Below are positions 10,820 to 20,254 of a stretch of DNA of 56,658 nucleotides, in pieces. Both the position numbers and the translations under genes were made by a program. This DNA comes from Rickettsiales bacterium (lineage in GTDB: Bacteria; Pseudomonadota; Alphaproteobacteria; Rickettsiales; JABIRX01): the NCBI GenBank assembly GCA_965658435.1, contig CBFHSE010000004.1, positions 1 to 56,658 of the forward strand. Direction: 5' to 3'. The notes beneath the pieces are model-generated. The model saw nothing but the letters and a program-made list of their open reading frames with translations. It did not search any database and was not told where the DNA came from. The stretch's first letter is position 1, and every line of letters begins with the position of its first letter.

Positions 10820-12495
10820 ATTTAAGAAAATATCAAGATAAAGTAATTTTTATACCTCTAGGAGGTGCAGAAGAAATTGGTCTAAATTTTAACCTCTATC
10901 AATATGACGGCAAATGGATAATATTTGATTTAGGGATAGGCTTTTGTAATGAAGTTCCTGGTATTGATGTAATGGTACCAGATATTAGCTTCTTATCCGA
11001 AATCAAAAAAGACATATTAGCCTTAATAGTAACACATGCCCATGAAGATCATCTGGGTGCCATTCAATATTTATGGGAAAATATTCAAGTTCCAATCTAT
11101 ACATCTAAATTTACAGGAACATTTTTACGTGAAAAGCTAAAAGAATATAAATTAGACAAAACAGTACCAATTCATATAAAGGAACAAAAAAAACCTTTTA
11201 AATTGGGTAGTTTTACTATTGAGTTTTTTGAAATAAGTCACTCAGTTCCTGAAATGAATGCTGCTATAATAAGCACAAAAATCGGCAATATAGTTCATAC
11301 AGGAGATTGGAAGTTTGATAATAATCCAGTAATTGGCAAGCCAGATGATTATAATTTTTTAGAGCAGGTTGGTAAAAGAAAAATATTGGCATTAGTAGGC
11401 GACTCTACAAATGTATTTAGTGAAGGTAATTCTGGATCAGAAGGTGATTTACAAAAAAACCTCATAAAATTAGTAAAAGAGCAAAATAACTTAATAGTTA
11501 TAGCAACATTTGCTTCAAATTTAGCTAGAGTTCTATCAATAACTGAAGCTGCTAAGCAAGCTAAAAGAAAAATAGTAGTTTGTGGCAGAGCATTAGAAAG
11601 GATAATAAGGATAGGTGTTGAGCTAGGCTACATTAAAGATATGGATAATTTTATTCATCGTTCCCAAATAAAAAAACATCCTCGCAATAAATTATTAATA
11701 TTAGCAACAGGTTGCCAAGGTGAAGAAAGAGCCGCAGTAAGAAGAATAGCCTATGACATATATCCACAGGTTAAGTTACAAAAAAATGACACTGTGATAT
11801 TATCATCTAAAATAATTCCTGGCAATGAATTAAAAATTGGGAAAGTTCTTAATCAACTTGCAAAAAAGCAGGTGAATATTTTAACGGAAAGAGATCAATT
11901 TGTTCATGTTTCAGGTCATCCGCACCGAGAGGAGTTAAAAAAAATGTATAGCCTTATCAAGCCTAAAATTTCAATTCCAGTACATGGAGAAATTATGCAT
12001 ATAAATGAACATGCAAATTTTGTTAGTAATCTAGGTGTAAAAGAAACAATAAGAGTAAAAAATGGCTCTATTGTAATTTTAGATAATAATAATTCACAAA
12101 TTATAGGAGAGGTTCCAACTGGATATTTGGGAGTAGATGGTAATAGCCTAATAGATATAGAAAGTAATGTTTTTAAAGAAAGAAAAATTATATCAGAAAA
12201 TGGCATAATTATTATTCAATTAAATTTTGACAAAAATGCTAAGCTAAAAGAAAGCCCTAATATATATGGTCCAGGTTTATTTGATCATCAGCAAGATCAA
12301 GAAATTATCACATATTTAAGTGAAATGATAGAAGGAAAAATAAAATCATCTGAAAAATATTACACTGAAAGCAAAGATAAAAAAGTAAAATTAAAAGAAA
12401 AAGCTCTAAGTAATGATATTAGCATTTATCTAAAAAAATTATTATATGATAGCTTGCAAAAAAATCCTATTATTCAACTAATTGTAAATAGTTAG
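10810..12495 (+). CDS. rnj: Ribonuclease J
   Basis: PLGGAEEIGLN, THAHEDHLGA, HTGDWK, HVSGH, PVHGE; GTG start. Confidence 0.95.
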   Translation: MSVNLRKYQDKVIFIPLGGAEEIGLNFNLYQYDGKWIIFDLGIGFCNEVPGIDVMVPDISFLSEIKKDILALIVTHAHEDHLGAIQYLWENIQVPIYTSKFTGTFLREKLKEYKLDKTVPIHIKEQKKPFKLGSFTIEFFEISHSVPEMNAAIISTKIGNIVHTGDWKFDNNPVIGKPDDYNFLEQVGKRKILALVGDSTNVFSEGNSGSEGDLQKNLIKLVKEQNNLIVIATFASNLARVLSITEAAKQAKRKIVVCGRALERIIRIGVELGYIKDMDNFIHRSQIKKHPRNKLLILATGCQGEERAAVRRIAYDIYPQVKLQKNDTVILSSKIIPGNELKIGKVLNQLAKKQVNILTERDQFVHVSGHPHREELKKMYSLIKPKISIPVHGEIMHINEHANFVSNLGVKETIRVKNGSIVILDNNNSQIIGEVPTGYLGVDGNSLIDIESNVFKERKIISENGIIIIQLNFDKNAKLKESPNIYGPGLFDHQQDQEIITYLSEMIEGKIKSSEKYYTESKDKKVKLKEKALSNDISIYLKKLLYDSLQKNPIIQLIVNS

Positions 12496-12594
12496 TAGTA
12501 GTAAGGATAGCATATTAAAAAAAGGTTGATAGTTTAGGATTAATTAGTATTATCCTTCTCCTTTACAAATATTAATAAATTAAAAATTAAAATT

Positions 12595-12927
12595 ATGGCT
12601 TTATACGAGTCTACATTCATATCAAATCAAGAGTTAACTGAAAAGCAAGTTGACGGTTTAGTTCAAGATTTTGCTGATTTACTAAAACATCAAGGTGGTA
12701 AATTAGTTAAAAAAGAATATTGGGGCATTAGAAATTTTGCTTATGAAATTAAAAAGCAAAAAAAAGGACATTATGTTATGATGTGTCTTGATGTATCTGC
12801 TGAAGCATTAGCTACATTAGAAAAAAAGCTAAAATCACAAGAAGAAGTTCTTAAATATTTTAACATAAAAGTTAATAGCTTTGCAGAAAAAACATCAATG
12901 CTAGAAAAAACAGAAGACGATAATTAG
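12595..12927 (+). CDS. rpsF: 30S ribosomal protein S6
   Basis: MALYES..., [14 protein letters not shown]; rpsF-rpsR-rplI order. Confidence 0.96.
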   Translation: MALYESTFISNQELTEKQVDGLVQDFADLLKHQGGKLVKKEYWGIRNFAYEIKKQKKGHYVMMCLDVSAEALATLEKKLKSQEEVLKYFNIKVNSFAEKTSMLEKTEDDN

Positions 12928-12934
12928 AGGTTAC

Positions 12935-13237
12935 ATGAGTAATATAACAGAAGATAAAAAGCCAGCTGAAAGTATAAAATTAATAAATAACGCAGCGAAT
13001 ATTCTTTACATGAGAAAAAATAATTTCTCAGCTAAAAAGAGAATATGCCCATTAGAAGGTGTTTCTGATAGTATTATTGACTATAAAAACATAAAATTAT
13101 TAGAGCAATTTATTTCAGAAAGAGGAAAAATTCTTCCTAGTAGGATAACCGGATTAAAAGCAAAAAGACAAAGATTATTAAAAACTGCAATAAAAAGAGC
13201 TAGAGTATTAGCACTGCTTCCTTTTGAAAATATATAG
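12935..13237 (+). CDS. rpsR: 30S ribosomal protein S18
   Basis: [26 protein letters not shown]...[13 protein letters not shown]. Confidence 0.97.
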   Translation: MSNITEDKKPAESIKLINNAANILYMRKNNFSAKKRICPLEGVSDSIIDYKNIKLLEQFISERGKILPSRITGLKAKRQRLLKTAIKRARVLALLPFENI

Positions 13238-13244
13238 GTAAAAA

Positions 13245-13826
13245 ATGGAAATTATTTTAACTGAAAAAATAGAAAAGCTTGGTGATATAGGTGATTTAGT
13301 AAAAGTTAAAAATGGTTATGCCAGAAATTTTCTTTTGCCAAATGAAAAAGCGTTAAGAGCAACTGAAGAAAATAAAAAATTATTTGAAGAACAAAAAAAA
13401 GAAATTATTGCTAAAAACGACACAATTAAAAAGCAAGCAAAAGCTATTTTTGATAAAGTTAACAGCAAAGAAACATTAATAATTGTCCAAGCAAGTGATG
13501 AAGGGCGTTTATATGGATCAGTAATGCCAAAAGATATAGCAAAAAGAATCAGTGATAATTTTAAGGTAGAAATAAAGAAAAGCCAAATAATTCTTAACTC
13601 AGCCATTAGAGAAATAGGCCTATACAATATTAAAGCAAGAATTCATGCAGATTTTCTTGCAGATATATCAATCAATATAGCAAGAAGTGAGGCTGAAGCA
13701 AAAGAAAATCATAAAAAATCAAAGCAGCAATCAGTTGAAGCTACAGAAAGCAAGGCAGAATCTGGTGTTTCTTTTAATTCCGAAAATGATAATCAAGCTC
13801 CTATAAAAGAGCCAGCATCTAAATAA
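13245..13826 (+). CDS. rplI: 50S ribosomal protein L9
   Basis: LGDIGDLVKVKNGYARNFLLP, GRLYGSV. Confidence 0.97.
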   Translation: MEIILTEKIEKLGDIGDLVKVKNGYARNFLLPNEKALRATEENKKLFEEQKKEIIAKNDTIKKQAKAIFDKVNSKETLIIVQASDEGRLYGSVMPKDIAKRISDNFKVEIKKSQIILNSAIREIGLYNIKARIHADFLADISINIARSEAEAKENHKKSKQQSVEATESKAESGVSFNSENDNQAPIKEPASK

Positions 13827-14176
13827 GCTTAGTTTTTTTTATTATATAATATCAAAAATATATTCAATAGAATCAATAAAATTAATTTTTATTAATGGCT
13901 AGATATTAGTAAAAGATAGACTTCTTTTAATATAATTGTCCTCTTTCTTTAATTTTTATTAAATAATTTTCATTCATTCTGCTTTATATATTGTAAATAT
14001 AGACTAATGAACTTCTTTTTATAAGAAGCATTTAAAATAAATTTAAGTTTTAATTGTTTTTTATCTATTATAGCTAAGTAAAAACATAAAAACTCTACAA
14101 ATGAATTTTAAATATCAGCTTTAGCTAAAATAGCATAGTTTATTAAAAGGATGCCAATACTAAATTAAAAAATAAA

Positions 14177-14935
14177 TTACATATTAGGTTCATATATAAT
14201 AATGCAGTTTTGATCCTCTGAGTTAAAATTGTTATAGGAACATGTAATTGGAGTAGAATTATCAAATTTCATTGTAATCCTTCCATAATTTTGATCTCCA
14301 TCATCAAATTTTTTATCAAATAAATATGCTTGGCTATTTGATATCATATTTTCCGATTCTAGTCCTGATAATCCTGTTGATCTACTATTTATTTTAACAT
14401 TACCAATAACAAATAAATTAATTTGCTTACTATAAATATTGGATATGTTATTTTGAAAGAAACTATTAAAATTATTATTGCTACTAGAAAGTTCTGAATA
14501 AGAATTTAAATATAAAAGATAAGAATTAAATGGTAATTTATCATAGTAATAATCTAATTCATCTATCCTAGAATTATAGCTGTCATCAATAAACTCTGCT
14601 AAACTAAGATGTAGCATAACATTACTTACTTCATCTCCAAAGCTGTTGCTTCTTGAAGCTTCCTCTTTATATTCAACCATCCTATCACCGTCGCCATTTC
14701 TTACATTAGAACCAAAATATGCTAGAGCATCATTAAAATCGCCAGGCAATGCATCATATGAGTGATTAAATGCAACAATAGAGCTATCTAAAGAATTTAT
14801 TGCGACCATTAATTTTGATATTTTAGACGATTCAATAATTTTTCTTGCACCAGATAAACCAACAAATAATAATCCGATAATTACAACTACTATAGATAGT
14901 TCTATTAGTGAGAAGGCATTTCTATTTGTAAACAT
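14177..14935 (-). CDS. Type IV pilin-like protein (prepilin cleavage/methylation domain), copy 1
   Basis: Class III signal RNA|FSLIE with Glu+5, hydrophobic helix, LPGD, NGDGD, DKKFDDG, C-terminal Cys pair. Confidence 0.88.
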   Translation of the reverse strand: MFTNRNAFSLIELSIVVVIIGLLFVGLSGARKIIESSKISKLMVAINSLDSSIVAFNHSYDALPGDFNDALAYFGSNVRNGDGDRMVEYKEEASRSNSFGDEVSNVMLHLSLAEFIDDSYNSRIDELDYYYDKLPFNSYLLYLNSYSELSSSNNNFNSFFQNNISNIYSKQINLFVIGNVKINSRSTGLSGLESENMISNSQAYLFDKKFDDGDQNYGRITMKFDNSTPITCSYNNFNSEDQNCIIIYEPNM

Positions 14936-14958
14936 TGTAGTAAGTAAAAAGGGAAATA

Positions 14959-14991
14959 AAAAAGGAGCTTTAAATATTAAAGCTCCTTTTT
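14959..14991. terminator. Bidirectional intrinsic terminator between pilin copies 2 and 1
   Basis: Perfect inverted repeat AAAAAGGAGCTTTAA-ata-TTAAAGCTCCTTTTT, U-tract on both strands. Confidence 0.85.
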
Positions 14992-15012
14992 AACATGACA
15001 AATATAAAATTA

Positions 15013-15780
15013 TTATTTTACAGTGTAAATTAAATTACATCCTAAAGATTCTGAATTAGCTCCTGAAGATAAGTATGCATCAGCTCCATCAGTACATGTA
15101 GAAGCTGTAACATTACCAGTGGCAGAAGTTTCATCTCTAAAAGTTATTCTACCAGATTTAGGTAAGCTATCATCATATTTTTTGTCAATAGTGTAAGCTT
15201 CACGTGGTGTTAAAAAAGCTGAATTAACTCCAGGATCATCTGTAGATCTTGAATTGCTAATATCCTTAGCAACTATAATTACATTTTTATCATTTATAGT
15301 AGGGCTTTGAAAACCAGTTAAAGCTGTTGCTGATGAATCTTTTTGGTTAGAAATCAATAAATGTGCATTTAACTCTGTTTTATAGGCGTATCTTGATTGA
15401 TCAATTTGAGCACTATAATTACCATCAATAAATTCACCACTTTGCATGTGTATTAAAACATTACTAACTTCGTCTCCTAGAGGGTCAGATGAAGTAGCTG
15501 TTGAAGTAATTTCTACCTTACCATCACCATCTCCATTAGCTATCCCTGTGTTTCCCCAAAATGATTGAGCATCATTAAAGTCACCCGGATATGAATCATA
15601 AGCTTGGAAAAAAGCTAAAAAACTTGAATCTATACTAGAAACCTCAGACATAATCTTATTAAGTTTTGCAGCTTGAATTAATTTACCACCGCTAGAAACA
15701 CCAACAAATAGCAAGCCTATTATTATTAAAACTATCGATAATTCAACTAGTGAAAAACCTGATTTATTTTTTTTTGACAT
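15013..15780 (-). CDS. Type IV pilin-like protein, copy 2
   Basis: KSG|FSLVE, YPGDF, NGDGDG, IDKKYDD, C-terminal Cys pair; SD TGAGGT 7 nt upstream. Confidence 0.9.
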   Translation of the reverse strand: MSKKNKSGFSLVELSIVLIIIGLLFVGVSSGGKLIQAAKLNKIMSEVSSIDSSFLAFFQAYDSYPGDFNDAQSFWGNTGIANGDGDGKVEITSTATSSDPLGDEVSNVLIHMQSGEFIDGNYSAQIDQSRYAYKTELNAHLLISNQKDSSATALTGFQSPTINDKNVIIVAKDISNSRSTDDPGVNSAFLTPREAYTIDKKYDDSLPKSGRITFRDETSATGNVTASTCTDGADAYLSSGANSESLGCNLIYTVK

Positions 15781-15817
15781 GATTAATACCTCATCATAAT
15801 TTTAAACATATTTTTTA

Positions 15818-15846
15818 ACTATAACATAGAAATTTAGTTAATGCAA
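15818..15846 (-). promoter_or_regulatory. Putative sigma70 promoter of pilin copy 2
   Basis: TTGCAT-N17-TATAGT with extended -10 TG; TTAACTA-N13-TAGTTAA inverted repeat at 15815-15841 overlaps it. Confidence 0.6.
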
Positions 15847-16600
15847 CTATGAATAATAAAAAACAAATATTATGAAGAAAACTAATATAATCTAGTTGAG
15901 TTAAATAGAAATTTTTAATTATTAGATATATTATAAAAAAGTTATTAAATCCTCTTAGATAATAATTATATACTTATAAAACATGAATTAGAAATAACCT
16001 ATGCAAATATGTTTTTATTAAATCTAATAAATTATATATAAATATAAAATTATATCACTAAAATATAATTAGCTGGCTGATAAAATGAATATATATCTAC
16101 TTTTAATTTAGTAGAGATAAAACAATAATATAAGATTTTCTGTTACAAATTATTAAAAAGCATTACTTTCCAATATTTGATGATATTTAATCAATAATAA
16201 ACAAATTTATTTAAAATATATTAGTATAAATAATTTATCATCAAATGATTTGTACTAAATAAAGTCTTAACCTTATTTTTATCATAATCTTATTGCTGAA
16301 CTTCACAAATATATGATAAGATATCAAATCTTATAAAAGTAAAATTTCCTGAAAAACAATAATCAATGATATATACAAATAGCAGCTGAGAAGGATCTAG
16401 GAAAAGATAAAATATTTCTATAATCAGCATATATAAAATAGTGATTTACTAAAAATATATTTAATATCAAGGTCTATAGATAAAAAATAAAATTTTAATA
16501 TTTTATCAAAAATTGGAATAAAGAAAATTTAATAGAGATCTTAAAAATATATAATAAATTTATAATCTTATTTAAAATATTAAAGTAAAATAATTATATA

Positions 16601-17359
16601 TTATATTTTAATCTTGTGAACTAAGTTACATCCATCATCTTCTGAGGATACATAAATACCAGTAGCTGCATCTGCACAGCTAGAAGGTTCTACATTGCCG
16701 CCAATAGCAGATTCATCTCTAAATGATATTTTTCCAGATATGCCATTTCCATCATCAAATTTATTATCTAAGCTATACATATCTCTTGGTGAAATAAATG
16801 CATTAATTGCACCAGTATCTCCTGTATATCTGGATGATGATACTTCAATGCCCAACATAATCACATTTTTTGATGAAAAAATAGAAGAAAAGCCACCGAG
16901 GGAAGTTCCTGTTGAATCTAACTCATTTAATAAGATCATATTTGAATTCAGCTCACCCTTGAATGCATAATTAGCTGATGATATTGTGGAATCAAAAGTT
17001 CCTTCTATAAGCTCTGCTTTTTGTAAATGAAGCATTGCATTAGAAACTTCGTCATTTGTTGTTGAGCTGGTATTAAGCTCGATTCTTCCATCGCCATCAC
17101 CGTTAGCTAAGCCCGTTGTGCCCCAAAATAAGGTGGCATCTTTAAAATCACCAGGATATGCATCATATGCTTGAAGAAAAGCAAGGATAGAAGTGTCAGT
17201 TGATGATATATCACGCATAATCTTGCTTAATTTTGCTGATTTTATAAGCTTGCTTCCTCCTGAAACACCAGCAAATAATAGTCCAATAATTATTATTACA
17301 ATTGATAATTCTACAAGAGAGAAAGCTGATTTATTACTTATTTTCATTTTGATGTGCAT
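16601..17359 (-). CDS. Type IV pilin-like protein, copy 3 (start may be ATG at 17347)
   Basis: KSA|FSLVE, YPGDF, NGDGDG, LDNKFDDG, C-terminal Cys pair. Confidence 0.9.
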   Translation of the reverse strand: MHIKMKISNKSAFSLVELSIVIIIIGLLFAGVSGGSKLIKSAKLSKIMRDISSTDTSILAFLQAYDAYPGDFKDATLFWGTTGLANGDGDGRIELNTSSTTNDEVSNAMLHLQKAELIEGTFDSTISSANYAFKGELNSNMILLNELDSTGTSLGGFSSIFSSKNVIMLGIEVSSSRYTGDTGAINAFISPRDMYSLDNKFDDGNGISGKISFRDESAIGGNVEPSSCADAATGIYVSSEDDGCNLVHKIKI

Positions 17360-17402
17360 AGAATTTTATTAATGAAAATTAAGATTACGCTCATATAATA
17401 TA

Positions 17403-18152
17403 TTAACGTATTCTCATTTTGTAAGCTAAATTGCATCCATCATTTTCAGAGGCTACATAAACACCTGTTGATGCATCTGAACAAGTAGAAGGTGTTACAT
17501 TACCAGATGCGCTAGTTTCATCTCTAAATGATATTTTTCCAGAAACGCCATTTCCATCATCAAACTTGTTATCAAGGCTATACATGTCACGTGGTGATAT
17601 GAATGCATTAGTTGACCCAGCATCTGTTGCTGATCTAGCAGTAGAAACAGTTCTAGCAAGAAAGATAACATTTTTTCCTGATAAATTAGAAGCAAAACCA
17701 CCAAGAGACGTACCGGTTGAATTAGATTCATTAAGAATCACTAAATTTGAGTTAAGCTCGCTTTTAGAAGCGTAATTTGCATTTGCTATTGTGATATCAA
17801 ATGTACCGTCAATTAATTCTGATTTTTGCAAGTGTAGTAATGCATTAGAAACTTCATCATTTGTAGTTGAAGCGCCATCAATTTCAATTTTTCCATCTCC
17901 ATCTCCATTAGCAACACCTGTTGTCCCCCAATATGATTGCGCGTCTTTAAAGTCACCTGGATAGGAATCATAAGCTTGAAAAAAAGCTAGGAAAGAAGTG
18001 TCCACAGCAGAGATATCACGCATAATCTTGTTAAGCTTTGCGGATTTTATTAGCTTACTTCCTCCGGATACTCCTACAAATAGAAGACCTATTATTATTA
18101 TTACTATCGAAAGCTCTACTAATGAGAAACCTGATTTTTTGTTTTTAGACAT
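17403..18152 (-). CDS. Type IV pilin-like protein, copy 4
   Basis: KSG|FSLVE, YPGDF, NGDGDG, LDNKFDDG, C-terminal Cys pair; SD TGAGGT upstream. Confidence 0.9.
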   Translation of the reverse strand: MSKNKKSGFSLVELSIVIIIIGLLFVGVSGGSKLIKSAKLNKIMRDISAVDTSFLAFFQAYDSYPGDFKDAQSYWGTTGVANGDGDGKIEIDGASTTNDEVSNALLHLQKSELIDGTFDITIANANYASKSELNSNLVILNESNSTGTSLGGFASNLSGKNVIFLARTVSTARSATDAGSTNAFISPRDMYSLDNKFDDGNGVSGKISFRDETSASGNVTPSTCSDASTGVYVASENDGCNLAYKMRIR

Positions 18153-18189
18153 AGTTATAACCTCATCACAATTTAAAACATATAATCAT

Positions 18190-18218
18190 ATTGTAACATG
18201 GTTACACATATAAATCAA
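18190..18218 (-). promoter_or_regulatory. Putative sigma70 promoter of pilin copy 4
   Basis: TTGATT-N17-TACAAT with extended -10 TG; palindrome TGTAAC-ATG-GTTACA at 18192-18206. Confidence 0.6.
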
Positions 18219-18316
18219 CATAATATTCTAAATTTTTACCAATATATCAACCAAAGGTTGTATTTATGTTTTTATCTTGCGCTAAGAAAATATTCTAAAT
18301 TAGCTAAAAAGCTAAT

Positions 18317-19009
18317 CTAACATGCTGAAAAACCTGCCTTCTCGTTAATATTGATTTTTCTTGAGTTAATATGTGGTTTTTTGATTAACTCCCCTCTTTT
18401 AAGTAAGAAAATGCCATATTTAGCGAATAAATTATTAAAAAAATTATTAAATTTTAAAATATTAAAGAAAGGTAATTCGTCATTTATATATATTTCCTTT
18501 TCTATAATAAAATCTAATTCCTTGCTTAAATTTTTAAAATCCTTAATTGTGCAAAAATGGATATTTGGTGTATTATACCATTCATAAGATAAAGTTTTAG
18601 TAACGGGCATTTTTCCTCTAAAAGCAAGAAAAGCTCTATTTTCATAGTAACCAAAATTTGGAACAGATACCAAAACAAATTTAGCTATTCTCTTTAGCTC
18701 CTTAAGTACTAAGTGAGGAGATTTTGTAACCTGTAATGTCTGGCTTAGAATAACATAATCAAAACTATTGGATGGATAATGCTCTAAATCATTATCAGCA
18801 TCACCTTGCATTACAGCGAGGCCCCTTTTAAGAGCTTGCGATACTAAGTGGTTATCAATTTCAATCCCTCTGCCAAAAATGTTTTTATATGTTTTAAGGT
18901 GTTGTAAGAGCTCTCCAGAGCCGCATCCAACATCAAGAACTTTGCTGTTTTCTTTTATTAGATCAGCTAATATTAATGATACGGCTGTTAGTTTGTTATC
19001 TTTTTTCAT
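18317..19009 (-). CDS. metW: Methionine biosynthesis protein MetW
   Basis: VLDVGCGSGELL SAM motif, FDYVILSQTLQ, WYNTPNIHFCTIKDF; overlaps end of metX. Confidence 0.93.
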   Translation of the reverse strand: MKKDNKLTAVSLILADLIKENSKVLDVGCGSGELLQHLKTYKNIFGRGIEIDNHLVSQALKRGLAVMQGDADNDLEHYPSNSFDYVILSQTLQVTKSPHLVLKELKRIAKFVLVSVPNFGYYENRAFLAFRGKMPVTKTLSYEWYNTPNIHFCTIKDFKNLSKELDFIIEKEIYINDELPFFNILKFNNFFNNLFAKYGIFLLKRGELIKKPHINSRKININEKAGFSAC

Positions 19010-20153
19010 CGATACCTAAGATAAAATTTTCTAGTAAGTTATAAAGATTTTTATTTTTAACTAAAAATGAATCATGGCCCCTGTTGCTTTTGATTTCAGC
19101 AAAGCTTGCTTCAGCACCAAGATTATTAAGCGATCTAAGAATTACTCGAGATTCACTAGTTGGGAATAGCCAGTCATCAGAAAATGAAATTAAGCAAAAT
19201 TTAACATTTAAAGAGTTTTTGAAAGCAGATTCTAATGATCCGTATTTTGCCTCAATATCAAAATAATCCATCGCCTTAGTTATATAAAGATATGAGTTAG
19301 GGTCAAACCTATCAACAAAATTTATTCCTTGATGGTGAAGATAGCTTTCAATTTGAAAATCTATATCAAAATTAAATGAAAGATTTTTTTTCTCTTGCAA
19401 ATTACGGCCAAATTTCTCTGATAAAGCATTTTCAGACAAATAAGTTACATGTGCGGCCATTCTTGCAACAGCAAGGCCTTTTGAAGGGAACGTTTTGTCA
19501 GTTATGTAATTTCCCTTGTTCCAATCTTTATCTGACATAATAGCCTGTCTTCCAACTTCGTGGAACGCAATATTCTGTGCTGTATGTCTTGCAGCAGAAG
19601 CAATAACTATTGCTGATCTAACCATTTTGGGATAGCTAATAGACCACTCTAAAGCTTGCATTCCTCCCATAGATCCACCGATAACAGCATATAATTTATT
19701 AAGAGAAAATATTTCTTCTATAAATTTTTTTTGTACTCTCACCATATCTTCTATGGTAATAACTGGAAAAGATAAATTATAAGGCTTGTTAGTTTCTTTG
19801 TTAATTTCTTTAGGTCCAAAACTGCCCATGCAGCTCCCTAGGCTATTTATAGAAATAATAAAAAATTTATTAATATCAATTGCTTTGCCTTCTCCAACAA
19901 TATGACTCCACCAGCCATCTTTTTGAGTTACAGGGTTTTTGCTTGCCACATATTGGTCTCCCGTAAGAGCATGGCAAATTAGAATAGCATTATCCTTATT
20001 ATTATTAAGTTTGCCATAAGTTTGGTAAGCTACAGGAAAATCACTGATAAATTGCCCTGAGTCAAGCAGAATAGGGTTTGATGTAGCAATATTTACTATA
20101 TTGCCAATTTTATATTTTTGATAATTTTTCCCAAAAAAAGATTCTCTTAACAA
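18996..20153 (-). CDS. metX: Homoserine O-acyltransferase (MetX family)
   Basis: ICHALTGD, GGSMGGMQALEW, RFDPNSYLYITKAMDYFD, GHDSFL; TTG start. Confidence 0.94.
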   Translation of the reverse strand: MLRESFFGKNYQKYKIGNIVNIATSNPILLDSGQFISDFPVAYQTYGKLNNNKDNAILICHALTGDQYVASKNPVTQKDGWWSHIVGEGKAIDINKFFIISINSLGSCMGSFGPKEINKETNKPYNLSFPVITIEDMVRVQKKFIEEIFSLNKLYAVIGGSMGGMQALEWSISYPKMVRSAIVIASAARHTAQNIAFHEVGRQAIMSDKDWNKGNYITDKTFPSKGLAVARMAAHVTYLSENALSEKFGRNLQEKKNLSFNFDIDFQIESYLHHQGINFVDRFDPNSYLYITKAMDYFDIEAKYGSLESAFKNSLNVKFCLISFSDDWLFPTSESRVILRSLNNLGAEASFAEIKSNRGHDSFLVKNKNLYNLLENFILGIDEKR

Positions 20154-20254
20154 ATTCCAATATTTAATTACATTAATATATATGATAATATCATAAATAA
20201 AAAAAACTAGACACAGAAATATTAATAAATTTAATATTAATCTATATTTACCTG

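Noticed and set aside
13824-13840. Terminator after rplI (TAAGCTTA + T tract)
   Set aside because: Stem too short to support a call
14177-18152. Diversity-generating retroelement (template/variable repeat) among the pilin paralogs
   Set aside because: Differences are spread over all bases, largely at synonymous positions rather than adenine-specific; no reverse transcriptase seen
14177-18152. Shufflon or invertible pilin locus
   Set aside because: All four genes are complete and co-oriented; no recombinase or long inverted recombination sites found
20154-20254. SAM riboswitch upstream of metX (also checked 29394-29532 for metZ)
   Set aside because: Short AT-rich divergent gaps with no recognisable SAM-II/SAM-V core; an Rfam cmscan would be decisive
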